Assembly: GCA_035529795.1 (NCBI GenBank)
Contig: DATKVZ010000034.1
Location: forward strand, 92,547 to 156,546
Direction: 5' to 3'
Origin: Gallionella sp.
GTDB lineage: Bacteria > Pseudomonadota > Gammaproteobacteria > Burkholderiales > Gallionellaceae
Length of the DNA stretch: 64,000 nt
Under the pieces are notes generated by a model. The model had not been told where the DNA came from, did no database searches, and worked only from the letters and a program-made list of their open reading frames with translations. Below, piece by piece: positions 50,239 through 60,498 of this stretch (its first letter is position 1; each line of letters begins with the position of its first letter). Both the position numbers and the translations under genes were made by a program.

Positions 50239-51480
50239 TCACAGTATTACCGGTGGTTGCCGCGGTGTGGCGGCGTGCTGGTCGTGCATCACGATGCGCG
50301 AGACGAACCAGATTGCCAGCAGATTTGCCGTCATCGCCACATAGCCCACCGTGCCGTAATCGACGATCTTGCCGCTGGCATCCTGCGTGATGATGTAGCC
50401 TGCCAGCGTGGTGGCCAGGCCCATGGCGAATGCCTGTATGGTGGCGTTGAGCGACATGAAGGTGCCGCGCAGTTGCGGCTGTGCAGCCGAGGTGATGATC
50501 GCCATTGCCGGGATCATGCGCCCCGACACCAGCACGAAAAACAGGGTGGTGCAAATCAGCCACACCCACAGCGGTACGATGCCGACCTGCGTCACCACGA
50601 ACAGCGGCAGCAGCGCGGCGGTCGCGATCACGCGATAGATTCTGTCTTTGCCACGCAGATCAGCCCAACGGCCGATGCGCCGCGCGGTGACGAGGGTCGC
50701 CGCGCCGCCCACGAGGTAAACGATGGGGATGTCATGCAACGAGATGCCGACGTTGTGGACCGAGTAGAGGGTGATGTAGGGAATCACCGTAAAACCAGAA
50801 AAGAGAAGCAGCGCGGAAAATAGCAGGGTGCGCAGGTGGTTGGCGTCGCGCAGTACGGCGAACATTGCGGCGAACGGGTGCTTCTGTTTTTTCGTGTCGA
50901 TGTGGCGGCGCAGCTCCGGCAGGACACGCAGGCCGACCAGCGTGAACAAAACGATCAGCATGGCGATGAGGAGGAACGGTGCGCGCCACTGAAAATGGTT
51001 GGCCAGCCACAGCGACAGTGGTACACCCGCGACGGTGGAAATTGAAAACGCCGTCGATATCATGCCGCTGGCGGCGGCGCGCCGGTTGAACGGGATCACG
51101 TCACCGATCACGGTCTGCACCAGCGCGCCCATCACACCACCGAATACTCCGGCCAGCCCGCGCGCGGCGAGCAGTGTTGCGTAGCCCGGTGCCAGCCCGC
51201 AAGCCAGCGTCGCCAGGCCGAACAGTACGAACATGGTGAGCAACAGGCGCTTGCGCTCGAAGCGATCCACGAAAGTCGCTGCAAGCAGGCCGGACAATGC
51301 GGCGGCAAAGCTGTAGGACGCGACCAGCAGACCGAACTGGTGGGTGCTGATGCCGAACTCGGCAATCAGGATCGGGCCGAGCGGCATCATGATCATGAAG
51401 TCCAGCACATGGCTGAACTGGATGCTCGCAAGCGTCAGTAGCAGGTATTTTTCGCGTTGCGGTGTAAGGCTGGTCTGCAC
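50239..51480 (-). CDS. MFS transporter (DHA1-like)
   Basis: 12 hydrophobic helices, motif A-like FVDRFERKR; start uncertain (51480 or 51552). Confidence 0.9.
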   Translation of the reverse strand: MQTSLTPQREKYLLLTLASIQFSHVLDFMIMMPLGPILIAEFGISTHQFGLLVASYSFAAALSGLLAATFVDRFERKRLLLTMFVLFGLATLACGLAPGYATLLAARGLAGVFGGVMGALVQTVIGDVIPFNRRAAASGMISTAFSISTVAGVPLSLWLANHFQWRAPFLLIAMLIVLFTLVGLRVLPELRRHIDTKKQKHPFAAMFAVLRDANHLRTLLFSALLLFSGFTVIPYITLYSVHNVGISLHDIPIVYLVGGAATLVTARRIGRWADLRGKDRIYRVIATAALLPLFVVTQVGIVPLWVWLICTTLFFVLVSGRMIPAMAIITSAAQPQLRGTFMSLNATIQAFAMGLATTLAGYIITQDASGKIVDYGTVGYVAMTANLLAIWFVSRIVMHDQHAATPRQPPVIL

Positions 51481-51595
51481 GTGGAATTGCGGGGGTAGAG
51501 TTAGAAGCCTGATTCTAACGTTTTGAATCGCCGACAAGAAATTTTTGCGCATCCGACGATGCTAGAATCATCCCTCGATTTATCCGATTTTTATC

Positions 51596-54500
51596 ATGTC
51601 GCAACCATCCTTCATCCATCTCCGGCTACACAGCGAATACTCCATTTCGGATGGCATGGTGCGCGTGAACGAAGCAGTTGCGGCAGCGCAAGGCGATGGT
51701 ATGCCGGCGCTGGCATTGACCGACCTGAACAACGTGTTCGGTCTGGTGAAGTTTTATCAAAGCACGCGCAGCCAGGGCATCAAGCCGATTGTCGGTTGCG
51801 ACGTATTCATCAGTAACGATGTCGACCGCGACCGTCCACACCGTCTGCTGTTGCTGTGCCAGTCGCGCAAGGGCTATTTATTGCTGTGTCGTCTGCTCAG
51901 CCGCGCCTATCTGGAGAACCAGCATCGCGGCCGCGCCGAATTGCGCCGCGAGTGGTTTCATGATGGCACGACAGGGTTGATCGCATTGTCCGGCGCGCAT
52001 CTCGGCGATGTCGGCTGCGCGCTGCTGTCCGGCAATGCGCAACAGGCCGAACAGTTTGCGCGGGAGTGGGCGGAGCTGTTCAACAACCGTTATTACCTCG
52101 AAGTGCAGCGCGGCGGATTCGCCGACGAAGAGCATTACATCCACGCGACAACGCAGCTTGCCGCCAAGCTCGGCCTGCCGGTGGTCGCCACGCATCCGGT
52201 GCAGTTCCTCAAGGCGGACGATTTCAAGGCACACGAGGCGCGCGTGTGCATCTCCGAGGGCTATGTGCTGAACGACAAGCGTCGTGCCAAGCAATTCACT
52301 GTGCAGCAATACTTCAAGACGCAGGCCGAGATGGCGGCGCTGTTTGCCGACCTGCCGGAAGCGTTGCAGAACAGCGTGGAAATCGCGCGTCGCTGTAATC
52401 TTTCTCTGGTGCTGGGTAAGCCGTGTCTGCCGGATTTCCCCACGCCCAACGGTGAAACACTGGAAAACTATCTGCGCGCCGAAGCCGAGCGCGGCCTGGT
52501 GCTGCGCATGGCGGCACGCTATCCCGACGCAGCAGAGCGCGCCGCGAAGCTGCCGGAGTATCAGCAACGGCTGGTTTTCGAAACAGACACCATCATCAAG
52601 ATGGGTTTCCCCGGCTACTTCCTGATCGTGGCGGATTTCATCCGCTGGGCGAAGGAGAACGGCGTGCCGGTCGGCCCGGGGCGCGGCTCCGGTGCGGGTT
52701 CGCTGGTGGCCTATTCACTCGGCATCACCGATCTCGATCCGTTGCGCTATGGATTGCTGTTCGAGCGCTTCCTTAACCCCGAGCGCGTCTCGATGCCCGA
52801 CTTCGACGTGGATTTCTGCCAGGACGGGCGCGAACGCGTCATCGGCTATGTGAAGAACAAATACGGCGCGGAATGTGTATCGCAGATCGCCACCTTCGGC
52901 ACCATGGCGTCCAAGGCGGTGATCCGCGATGTCGGGCGTGTCATGGATTTTCCGTACGGGCTGTGCGATAGCCTGTCCAAGGCGATTCCGCTGGAGGGTG
53001 TGAAACCGGTGTCACTCGCCAAGGCACGCGCGATGGAACCGGAGATCAACGCCATCGCCGAGCGCGAGGAAGGTGTGCCGGAGCTGCTGGAACTGGCCGC
53101 ACGGCTCGAAGATTTGACACGCAACGTTGGCATGCATGCCGGCGGCGTGCTGATCGCGCCGGGACAGCTCACCGATTTTTGCCCGCTGTATTGCGCCGAC
53201 AGTACGGCCAGCGTGGTCAGTCAGTTCGACAAGGACGATGTCGAGGCGATCGGCTTGGTGAAGTTCGATTTTCTTGGGCTGCGCACGCTGACCATCATCG
53301 ATTGGGCGGCACGCTACATTAGAGGATTCAGGATCCAGGATTCAGGAATCGGGGATCAGGATTCAGGATTTTCGATAGAAAATATTCCGCTTGACGATCA
53401 GCCGACCTACGAACTACTCAAGGCCGCCAACACCACCGCCGTGTTCCAGCTCGAATCACGTGGCATGAAGGATATGTTGAAACAGGCCCGGCCGGATTGC
53501 TTCGAGGACATTATCGCGCTGGTGGCGCTGTATCGCCCCGGCCCGATGGACCTGATTCCGGATTTCGTGCGGCGCAAGCATGGCGAAAAATTCCACTATC
53601 CGCACCCTGCCGTCGAGTCGGTGCTGCGTGAGACCTACGGCATCATGGTCTACCAGGAGCAGGTGATGCAGATGGCGCAGATCGTCGGCGGCTACAGCCT
53701 CGGCGGTGCCGACTTGCTGCGCCGCGCGATGGGCAAGAAAAAAGCCGAAGAAATGGCTGAACAGCGCGAGATTTTCGTCGCGGGCGCGCTCAAGGGCGGC
53801 ACGTCAAAGGAACAGGCCGGCGAGCTGTTCGACCTGATGGAAAAATTTGCCGGCTACGGTTTCAACAAGTCGCACGCCGCCGCCTATGCACTGGTGGCCT
53901 ACCAGACTGCCTATCTCAAGGCGCACCATCCTGCGGCGTTCATGGCGGCGACGCTGTCGGCGGACATGGACAACACCGACAAGGTACGCATCTTCTATCT
54001 CGACGCCTTACAGCAGAGTTTGCGCATCCTGCCGCCGGACGTGAACAGCTCGGACTACATGTTCTCGCCTGTGGACGAACAGACTATCGCTTACGGCCTG
54101 GGCGCAATCAAGGGTACCGGGAAAGCGGCCATTGAGAACCTCACTCAAGCACGTGAATCCGGAGCATTCAAAGACCTGTTCGATTTCTGCCGTCGCGTGG
54201 ACAAGCGTATCGTCAATCGGCGCACTATCGAGGCGCTGATCCGCGCCGGCGCGTTCGACAGCATCAACGATCATCGCGCCTGCCTGATGACAACGCTGGA
54301 TGCCGCGCTGGCAAGTGCCGACCAGCAGGCGCGCGCGGCAAACCAGAACAGCCTGTTCGGCAACGACGAAGCGGATGTTGCGCTGACAGTCAAATATGCC
54401 GATGCACCGCGTTGGCGATTGCGCGAACAGCTGGTGCATGAGAAGACCAGCCTCGGTTTCTACCTCAGCGGCCACCCCTATCAGGAATACGAGGCGGAAC

Positions 54501-55090
54501 TGGCAAATTTCATCAAGGTGCGGCTGGGCAATCTCACACCGCAATTCGTGGGCAAAACGGAAGGCGGCGGCAACGGCGGGCCGGGAGCGCGGCGCGGCGT
54601 TGCCGTGGTGCTGGCGGGTATCGTGGCCGGGCTGCGCATCCAGCAGACACGGCGCGGACGCATGGCAGTGGTGACGCTGGATGATGGTGGCGCGCAAGTT
54701 GAGATGACTGTATTTAGCGAGGAATACGAGCGCAGCAAACCGTGGATACGCGAGGATGAACTGCTGGTGGTGCGCGGCAAGGCCAGCATGGACGAGTATT
54801 CCGGTAACGTGCGCGTGAGCGGCGAAGAATTGTTCGACTTCGCCTCGGCACGTTCACATTTTGCGCAGCAGCTGGCGTTGCGCTGTAACGGCGGGGTCAG
54901 CGTTGCACAGCTGAAGAAATTATTTACTCCCTATCGCGACGGAAAATGTCCGGTGCAGATTCACTACCGCAGCCACGACGCGAGTTGCCAGCTGTGTCTC
55001 GGTGAGCCGTGGCAGTTAACCCTGCATGACGATTTGCTGCACGATTTGCGCGAAACATTGCAGGCGGAGAACGTGAAGGTGGTGTATTGA
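51596..55090 (+). CDS. dnaE: DNA polymerase III alpha subunit
   Basis: PHP domain HLRLHSEYS, GRGSGAGS, PDFDVDF, KFDFLGL, FNKSH. Confidence 0.97.
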   Translation: MSQPSFIHLRLHSEYSISDGMVRVNEAVAAAQGDGMPALALTDLNNVFGLVKFYQSTRSQGIKPIVGCDVFISNDVDRDRPHRLLLLCQSRKGYLLLCRLLSRAYLENQHRGRAELRREWFHDGTTGLIALSGAHLGDVGCALLSGNAQQAEQFAREWAELFNNRYYLEVQRGGFADEEHYIHATTQLAAKLGLPVVATHPVQFLKADDFKAHEARVCISEGYVLNDKRRAKQFTVQQYFKTQAEMAALFADLPEALQNSVEIARRCNLSLVLGKPCLPDFPTPNGETLENYLRAEAERGLVLRMAARYPDAAERAAKLPEYQQRLVFETDTIIKMGFPGYFLIVADFIRWAKENGVPVGPGRGSGAGSLVAYSLGITDLDPLRYGLLFERFLNPERVSMPDFDVDFCQDGRERVIGYVKNKYGAECVSQIATFGTMASKAVIRDVGRVMDFPYGLCDSLSKAIPLEGVKPVSLAKARAMEPEINAIAEREEGVPELLELAARLEDLTRNVGMHAGGVLIAPGQLTDFCPLYCADSTASVVSQFDKDDVEAIGLVKFDFLGLRTLTIIDWAARYIRGFRIQDSGIGDQDSGFSIENIPLDDQPTYELLKAANTTAVFQLESRGMKDMLKQARPDCFEDIIALVALYRPGPMDLIPDFVRRKHGEKFHYPHPAVESVLRETYGIMVYQEQVMQMAQIVGGYSLGGADLLRRAMGKKKAEEMAEQREIFVAGALKGGTSKEQAGELFDLMEKFAGYGFNKSHAAAYALVAYQTAYLKAHHPAAFMAATLSADMDNTDKVRIFYLDALQQSLRILPPDVNSSDYMFSPVDEQTIAYGLGAIKGTGKAAIENLTQARESGAFKDLFDFCRRVDKRIVNRRTIEALIRAGAFDSINDHRACLMTTLDAALASADQQARAANQNSLFGNDEADVALTVKYADAPRWRLREQLVHEKTSLGFYLSGHPYQEYEAELANFIKVRLGNLTPQFVGKTEGGGNGGPGARRGVAVVLAGIVAGLRIQQTRRGRMAVVTLDDGGAQVEMTVFSEEYERSKPWIREDELLVVRGKASMDEYSGNVRVSGEELFDFASARSHFAQQLALRCNGGVSVAQLKKLFTPYRDGKCPVQIHYRSHDASCQLCLGEPWQLTLHDDLLHDLRETLQAENVKVVY
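53324..53372 (+). repeat. Seven degenerate GGATTCA heptamers in frame in dnaE
   Basis: ggattca ggatcca ggattca ggaatcg gggatca ggattca ggatttt. Confidence 0.9.
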
Positions 55091-55106
55091 TGCGGCGGGA
55101 AGCAGG

Positions 55107-55382
55107 ATGCGTGTCAGGGTGCTGATGTCGGGCAGTCATCCGGAGTATCGGCTGGTGCTGCCGGTCGAAACGGAAACAAACCGTATCTCGGCAACCATGC
55201 GGGCGGCAATCGAACATCTCGGCGAGTGGCAGGAAAGGTCACAGGATGATCTGGACAAAAACCGGCCGGAGCATCGCGAGGCGATGACGGATATCGCCGC
55301 CCATGGCGCTTTCCTGTGGATGGTATCCGCCAACTACACCGGTCGGATCGAGGTGCTGCCGTCCGAACAACTCACTACTTGA
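55107..55382 (+). CDS. Hypothetical protein
   Basis: 91-aa ORF filling the dnaE-sulP gap; no recognised motif. Confidence 0.45.
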   Translation: MRVRVLMSGSHPEYRLVLPVETETNRISATMRAAIEHLGEWQERSQDDLDKNRPEHREAMTDIAAHGAFLWMVSANYTGRIEVLPSEQLTT

Positions 55383-57048
55383 GCAACACCTTTGCGCGTG
55401 TCAGCGCGTCATCCAGGTTTGCCACTACATTTTCCGTACCCATCTTCTCGAAGAACCCGGCCTGATACATCAGAAAATACGGCTGGGTATGCGGGCCGCA
55501 CAAAATCAGGTGTTTGCCGCGCTTGCGCAGCTTGCCGTGCAAATGCTCCAGCGTATGCAGCGCGCTGGCATCCATGCTGATGACCTCGTGCATTTTCAGA
55601 ATCAGTACGTCCGGATCAGTATGGCTCTGCTGCAGGATGGTTTCCAGTTTGTCCGCTGCGCCGAAAAACAGTGCGCCGAATACGCGATAAATAACCACGC
55701 CTTTTGGTACAGCCTTGCTCAGCAGCGTGGCTTCACTGTCATCCGGCATGGGCGAACGTTCCGAGACACTGACACTGGTCAGCTCGGTGATGCGTTGGAT
55801 GAAGAAGAAAACCGCAATGAACATGCCGACTTCGACTGCCACGGTAAGACCAAAAACCACCGTGAGTAAAAACGTCACCACCAGCACCGCGCTGTCACTG
55901 AGCGGGTATTTTCTCAGTGTGCGAAAACCTTCCCATTCACCCATGTTGATGGAAACTACCAGCAGAATGGCGGAGAGTGTGGCGAGCGGAATATAGACGG
56001 CGAGCGGTGCCGCGATGAGCACAATAATGAGCAGGGTGAGCGCGTGCACGATGCCGGAAATCGGAGTGGAGGCACCCGCGCGCACGTTGGTGGCGGTGCG
56101 TGCAATGGCGCCGGTGGCGGGTAAGCCACCGAAGAACGGTGTGACGATGTTGGCAATGCCTTGTGCAACCAGCTCCTGGTTAGGGTCATGCTTGTCGTCG
56201 ATCATGCCGTCTGCCACCGCCGCCGAGAGCAGCGATTCGATGGCACCGAGCAGCGCAATAGTCATGGCCGGTGCCATCAGATGCCGCAGTGCGGCAAAGG
56301 TGAATTCCGGCGGATCGAAGGCCGGCAAGCCCTGTGGAATGCCGCCGAAACGCGTGCCGATGGTTTCCACCGGCAGGTTGAACAGCGCGACGATGATTGT
56401 GCCGAGCACCAATGCCACGATGGGCGAAGGCAGCTTCTGCGCCCAGACCTTCGGGTAATGCCAGATCAGCAACGTCGAACCGATGGCCAGCAGCAGCGTG
56501 ACGATATCCACCGTGGAAGCTGCATGGTAGATGACCTGCAGCTTGTGCACGAAGTCGGCGGGCATCACCTCGATCTGCAAGCCGAAAAATTCTTTCACCT
56601 GGCTAAGGATGATTAATACCGCAATGCCGTTGGTGAAACCGATGATCAGCGGGCGCGGGAAAAACTTGATGAGATTGCCCATACGCGTCAATCCCATTGC
56701 TACCAACATCACGCCGGCCATCATGGTGCAGATCAGCAAATTGGCGTAGCCGTATTGCTGAATGATGTTGTACACGATGACAATGAATGCGCCGGTCGGC
56801 CCGCCGATTTGCACACGCGAGCCACCCAGTGCAGAGATGATGAAACCGGCGATGATCGCGGTGAAGATGCCCGCCTCCGGCTTCGCACCGGAGGCGATGG
56901 CGAAAGCAATGGCCAGTGGCAGAGCAATGACGCCAACAGTAATGCCGGCGGTGATGTCGGTGGAGAAGCGCGCCTTGTTGTAGCCGCGCAAAGCGTCAAT
57001 CAGACGCGGACGAAAATACTGCGAAAACTTCGATGATAAATTACTCAT
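55375..57048 (-). CDS. SulP/SLC26 anion permease with STAS domain
   Basis: GITVG..ALPL.IAF, GGS..QIGGPTG, ELVAQG..N, STAS LFFGAA...D.S. Confidence 0.94.
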   Translation of the reverse strand: MSNLSSKFSQYFRPRLIDALRGYNKARFSTDITAGITVGVIALPLAIAFAIASGAKPEAGIFTAIIAGFIISALGGSRVQIGGPTGAFIVIVYNIIQQYGYANLLICTMMAGVMLVAMGLTRMGNLIKFFPRPLIIGFTNGIAVLIILSQVKEFFGLQIEVMPADFVHKLQVIYHAASTVDIVTLLLAIGSTLLIWHYPKVWAQKLPSPIVALVLGTIIVALFNLPVETIGTRFGGIPQGLPAFDPPEFTFAALRHLMAPAMTIALLGAIESLLSAAVADGMIDDKHDPNQELVAQGIANIVTPFFGGLPATGAIARTATNVRAGASTPISGIVHALTLLIIVLIAAPLAVYIPLATLSAILLVVSINMGEWEGFRTLRKYPLSDSAVLVVTFLLTVVFGLTVAVEVGMFIAVFFFIQRITELTSVSVSERSPMPDDSEATLLSKAVPKGVVIYRVFGALFFGAADKLETILQQSHTDPDVLILKMHEVISMDASALHTLEHLHGKLRKRGKHLILCGPHTQPYFLMYQAGFFEKMGTENVVANLDDALTRAKVLLK

Positions 57049-57131
57049 ACAGGCTGTGTCAGCGCCTCCTGGATTCAAAAGTCATGAATGAAATAATCAG
57101 CGCCGGTCTCGGCTGGCGTTGTAAACAAGTA

Positions 57132-59429
57132 TTACTTGATACGCATACCCGGTTGCGCGCCCTCGTCCGGGCCGAGAATGAACAACCCCGGTGTTTCACC
57201 GGAAGCCGCCAGCACCATGCCTTCGGACAGACCAAACTTCATCTTGCGCGGTGCAAGATTGGCGACCATCACCGTCATGCGGCCCTTGAGTTGTTCCGGA
57301 TCATAAACCGACTTGATACCTGCGAACACGGTGCGCGGTTTTTCTTCGCCGATGTCCAGCGTCAGTTTTAACAGTTTGTCCGCGCCTTCCACATGTTCCG
57401 CGTTGACGATTTTCGCCACGCGCAGGTCAATCTTGCTGAAGTCATCGATGGAGATGGTTTCGGCGATGGGGCTAATATTCTTCCCCTCTCCCGCTGGCGG
57501 GAGAGGGGCTAGGGGAGAGGGTGCGTGCTGCTGGTGTTCGGCATGGCGTTGCGGGGAGTGTGATTCGGTCATGGGTTTCAGACTTTCCTGGTTGGCGGCG
57601 ACCATGGCCTCGATCAGTTTGGGATCAAGACGGGTCATAAGATGTTGGTAGGGGTTGATGGTGTGATCCTGCAACAGTGTTTGAGCATCACCCCACTGAA
57701 GTGGTGAAATATTCAGGAAAGATTCTACGCTTTCAGCCAATTTTGGCAGCACCGGCTTGAGGTACAAAGTAAGCAGGCGAAAAGCATTAAGTGCAATTGA
57801 ACAGCCGATATGGATTCTGGCTGAGTTCTCTTCAAAATTCTTCGCCAATGTCCACGGTGCCAACCGGTCAACATAAGTGTTGCACATATCGGTTAGTTCC
57901 ATGATGCGCCTGATGGCTTTGGCAAAATCCCGTTGCTCATAAATTTCAGCCAATTGAAATGCGCTATCCTGTAACTCGGGGAGCAAATCAACCAAGGTCA
58001 ATTCACCGGGAAGCCGGATGGCTTCATTGATGAGCATTTGCTCGTTCATGTTTATCAAATCACCGATTGCGGCAGTTTTGTCAGCATCTCCGAGTTGCTC
58101 TTTAAGCCAGTGATCTACCAGTACAGTCGACAGTTTTCCATCAAAACGCTTTGCTATAAACCCCGCGCACCGGCTCGCAATATTGATATATTTCCCGATC
58201 AGATCGCTATTCACTCTCGCCACAAAATCTTCGAGATTGAGGTCGATGTCCTCCATCGTGCCATTTAGTTTGGCCGCATAGTAGTAGCGCAAATATTCAG
58301 TGTTGCCGATGTGATCGATGTAGCTGCGCGCGGTGATGAAGGTACCCCGCGATTTGCTCATCTTTTCGCCGTTCACGGTGAGGAAGCCGTGCGCGAACAA
58401 TTTGGTCGGGGTGCGAAAGCCGGCGTGTTGCAACATCGCCGGCCAAAACAGCGCGTGGAAATACAGAATATCCTTGCCGATGAAGTGGTACAGCTCGGTA
58501 CCAGAACCTTGTTTCCAGTAGTCGTCGAAAACCAACCCCTCCCCAGCCCTCCCCTTGCCTGCGATCTCCTCCCCTGACAAGGGGAGGTCGGGAGGGGTTT
58601 GCTTGTTGCACAGTTGTTTGAAACTGCCCATGTAACCGACCGGCGCATCCAGCCATACGTAAAAATATTTACCCGGTGCGTCGGGGATTTCGAAGCCAAA
58701 ATAAGGTGCGTCGCGCGAGATGTCCCAGTCGGAAAGCTTGTTTTCGCCTTCCGCTCCCAGCCACTCCTGCATCTTGTTCGCGGCCTCGGGTTGCAGCGTG
58801 CCGCTGCGTGTCCATTCGCGCAGAAATTTCTGGCAGCGCGGATCGGAGAGTTTGAAGAAATAATGGTCGGAATTGCGCCGCTCCGGCTGCGCACCGGACA
58901 CGGCTGAATACGGGTTGATCAGTTCGGTGGGCGCATAAGTCGCACCGCATGCTTCGCAGTTGTCGCCGTACTGGTCTTTGGCGTGGCACTTCGGACATTC
59001 GCCCTTGATGAAACGATCCGGCAGGAACATTTGCTTGGCCGGGTCGTAGAACTGCTCGATAGAGCGTACCTCGATCAACTTTGCCTCGTCCCTGAGCCTG
59101 AGATAAATCTGTTCGGCAAACTCGCGGGTTTCGTCTGAATGAGTGGAGCCGTAGTGGTCGAATTCGACATGGAATGCGGCAAAATCGGCCTGGTGCTCTT
59201 CAGCAACCCGCGCGATCAGTTGCTCCGGCGTGATGCCTTCCTTTTCGGCGCGCAGCATGATCGGTGTACCGTGGGTATCGTCGGCGCACACATAATGACA
59301 GGTGGTATCGGCCTGCATTTTCTGGAAGCGCACCCAGATGTCGGTCTGGATATATTCGACCAGATGGCCGAGATGGATACTGCCGTTGGCATAGGGCAGC
59401 GCAGAGGTGACGAGGATTTTGCGGCTCAT
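57132..59429 (-). CDS. metG: Methionyl-tRNA synthetase with three insertions
   Basis: PYANG..HLGH, Zn knuckle, KMSKS, C-terminal tRNA-binding domain; 765 aa. Confidence 0.97.
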   Translation of the reverse strand: MSRKILVTSALPYANGSIHLGHLVEYIQTDIWVRFQKMQADTTCHYVCADDTHGTPIMLRAEKEGITPEQLIARVAEEHQADFAAFHVEFDHYGSTHSDETREFAEQIYLRLRDEAKLIEVRSIEQFYDPAKQMFLPDRFIKGECPKCHAKDQYGDNCEACGATYAPTELINPYSAVSGAQPERRNSDHYFFKLSDPRCQKFLREWTRSGTLQPEAANKMQEWLGAEGENKLSDWDISRDAPYFGFEIPDAPGKYFYVWLDAPVGYMGSFKQLCNKQTPPDLPLSGEEIAGKGRAGEGLVFDDYWKQGSGTELYHFIGKDILYFHALFWPAMLQHAGFRTPTKLFAHGFLTVNGEKMSKSRGTFITARSYIDHIGNTEYLRYYYAAKLNGTMEDIDLNLEDFVARVNSDLIGKYINIASRCAGFIAKRFDGKLSTVLVDHWLKEQLGDADKTAAIGDLINMNEQMLINEAIRLPGELTLVDLLPELQDSAFQLAEIYEQRDFAKAIRRIMELTDMCNTYVDRLAPWTLAKNFEENSARIHIGCSIALNAFRLLTLYLKPVLPKLAESVESFLNISPLQWGDAQTLLQDHTINPYQHLMTRLDPKLIEAMVAANQESLKPMTESHSPQRHAEHQQHAPSPLAPLPPAGEGKNISPIAETISIDDFSKIDLRVAKIVNAEHVEGADKLLKLTLDIGEEKPRTVFAGIKSVYDPEQLKGRMTVMVANLAPRKMKFGLSEGMVLAASGETPGLFILGPDEGAQPGMRIK

Positions 59430-59541
59430 GTTGCGTGTTCCTTAAGTAAGGTGCGATTGTAGCAAACCCCGCACAGAACCGTGGAATTCGGTAAAATTGA
59501 TACCCGTCAAAACAAACAATTGAGGAGAAACGGATTTAAGC

Positions 59542-59619
59542 TGAAGAGCGAAAAGTGAATGGTGGCCACGAAACCTGGTTTGCCCATTTGCTATTTTCCA
59601 CTTCCTATTTCCCATCACG
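59542..59619. repeat. Degenerate inverted heptamer repeats upstream of dcd
   Basis: tgaagag cgaaaag tgaatgg ... cccattt gctattt tccactt cctattt cccatca. Confidence 0.55.
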
Positions 59620-59622
59620 ACC

Positions 59623-60189
59623 ATGAGCATCAAATCAGACAAATGGATACGCCGCATGGCGGAGCAGACCGGCATGATCGAGCCCTTTTCGCCCGTTCAA
59701 GTCAAGGAAGTGGATGGCAAGAAAATTGTATCCTACGGTACGTCGAGCTACGGCTACGACATCCGTTGCTCGCGTGAATTCAAGCTGTTTACCAATATTA
59801 ACAGCACTATCGTTGACCCGAAGAATTTCGATCCAAACTCGTTCGTCAATGTGGAAGCCGACTACTGCGTCATTCCGCCAAACTCCTTCGCGCTGGCGCG
59901 CACCGTCGAGTATTTCCGCATTCCGCGCAATGTGCTGACCATCTGCCTCGGCAAATCCACTTATGCGCGCTGCGGCATCATCGTCAACGTCACGCCGTTC
60001 GAGCCGGAGTGGGAGGGTTATGTGACACTGGAATTTTCCAACACCACACCGCTGCCCGCCAAGATTTACGCCAATGAAGGCGTGGCGCAAGTGCTGTTTT
60101 TTGAAAGCGATGAAGTGTGTGAAACGTCCTACAAGGATCGTGGCGGCAAGTATCAGGGGCAGGTTGGCGTGACCCTGCCCAAGATCTGA
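59623..60189 (+). CDS. dcd: dCTP deaminase
   Basis: [28 protein letters not shown]. Confidence 0.96.
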   Translation: MSIKSDKWIRRMAEQTGMIEPFSPVQVKEVDGKKIVSYGTSSYGYDIRCSREFKLFTNINSTIVDPKNFDPNSFVNVEADYCVIPPNSFALARTVEYFRIPRNVLTICLGKSTYARCGIIVNVTPFEPEWEGYVTLEFSNTTPLPAKIYANEGVAQVLFFESDEVCETSYKDRGGKYQGQVGVTLPKI

Positions 60190-60194
60190 TTTAT

Positions 60195-60416
60195 ATGGCA
60201 CACGACAGCGACATTGTCTGGCGATCCGCAAAAGGCGAAGTCATCGCTTGTGTGGAAAAGAACAAGGTACTGCAGGAAAACCTCACCGAGATTCGCCAGG
60301 TCTGCCAGGATGCACTGGAAGATGCGGTACTAATGGGTTGCGGCGAGCAGCAGTTTCGCGCGGTACTGAACGAATTGGTAAGCGGTCTGAAAAACCCCTA
60401 CCCGTCGCAGGGATGA
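60195..60416 (+). CDS. Conserved small hypothetical protein
   Basis: W....G..I.C.EK.KVL.EN..E....QDA.EDA.LMGC pattern; sits between dcd and the decarboxylase. Confidence 0.7.
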   Translation: MAHDSDIVWRSAKGEVIACVEKNKVLQENLTEIRQVCQDALEDAVLMGCGEQQFRAVLNELVSGLKNPYPSQG

Positions 60417-60498
60417 CGACGACAAAAATCCTTTTTACCGCAGCACTACAAATCTGCGACAATCCGCGCCACTTCGTTATTCCTTACGGGAGTAAGCC

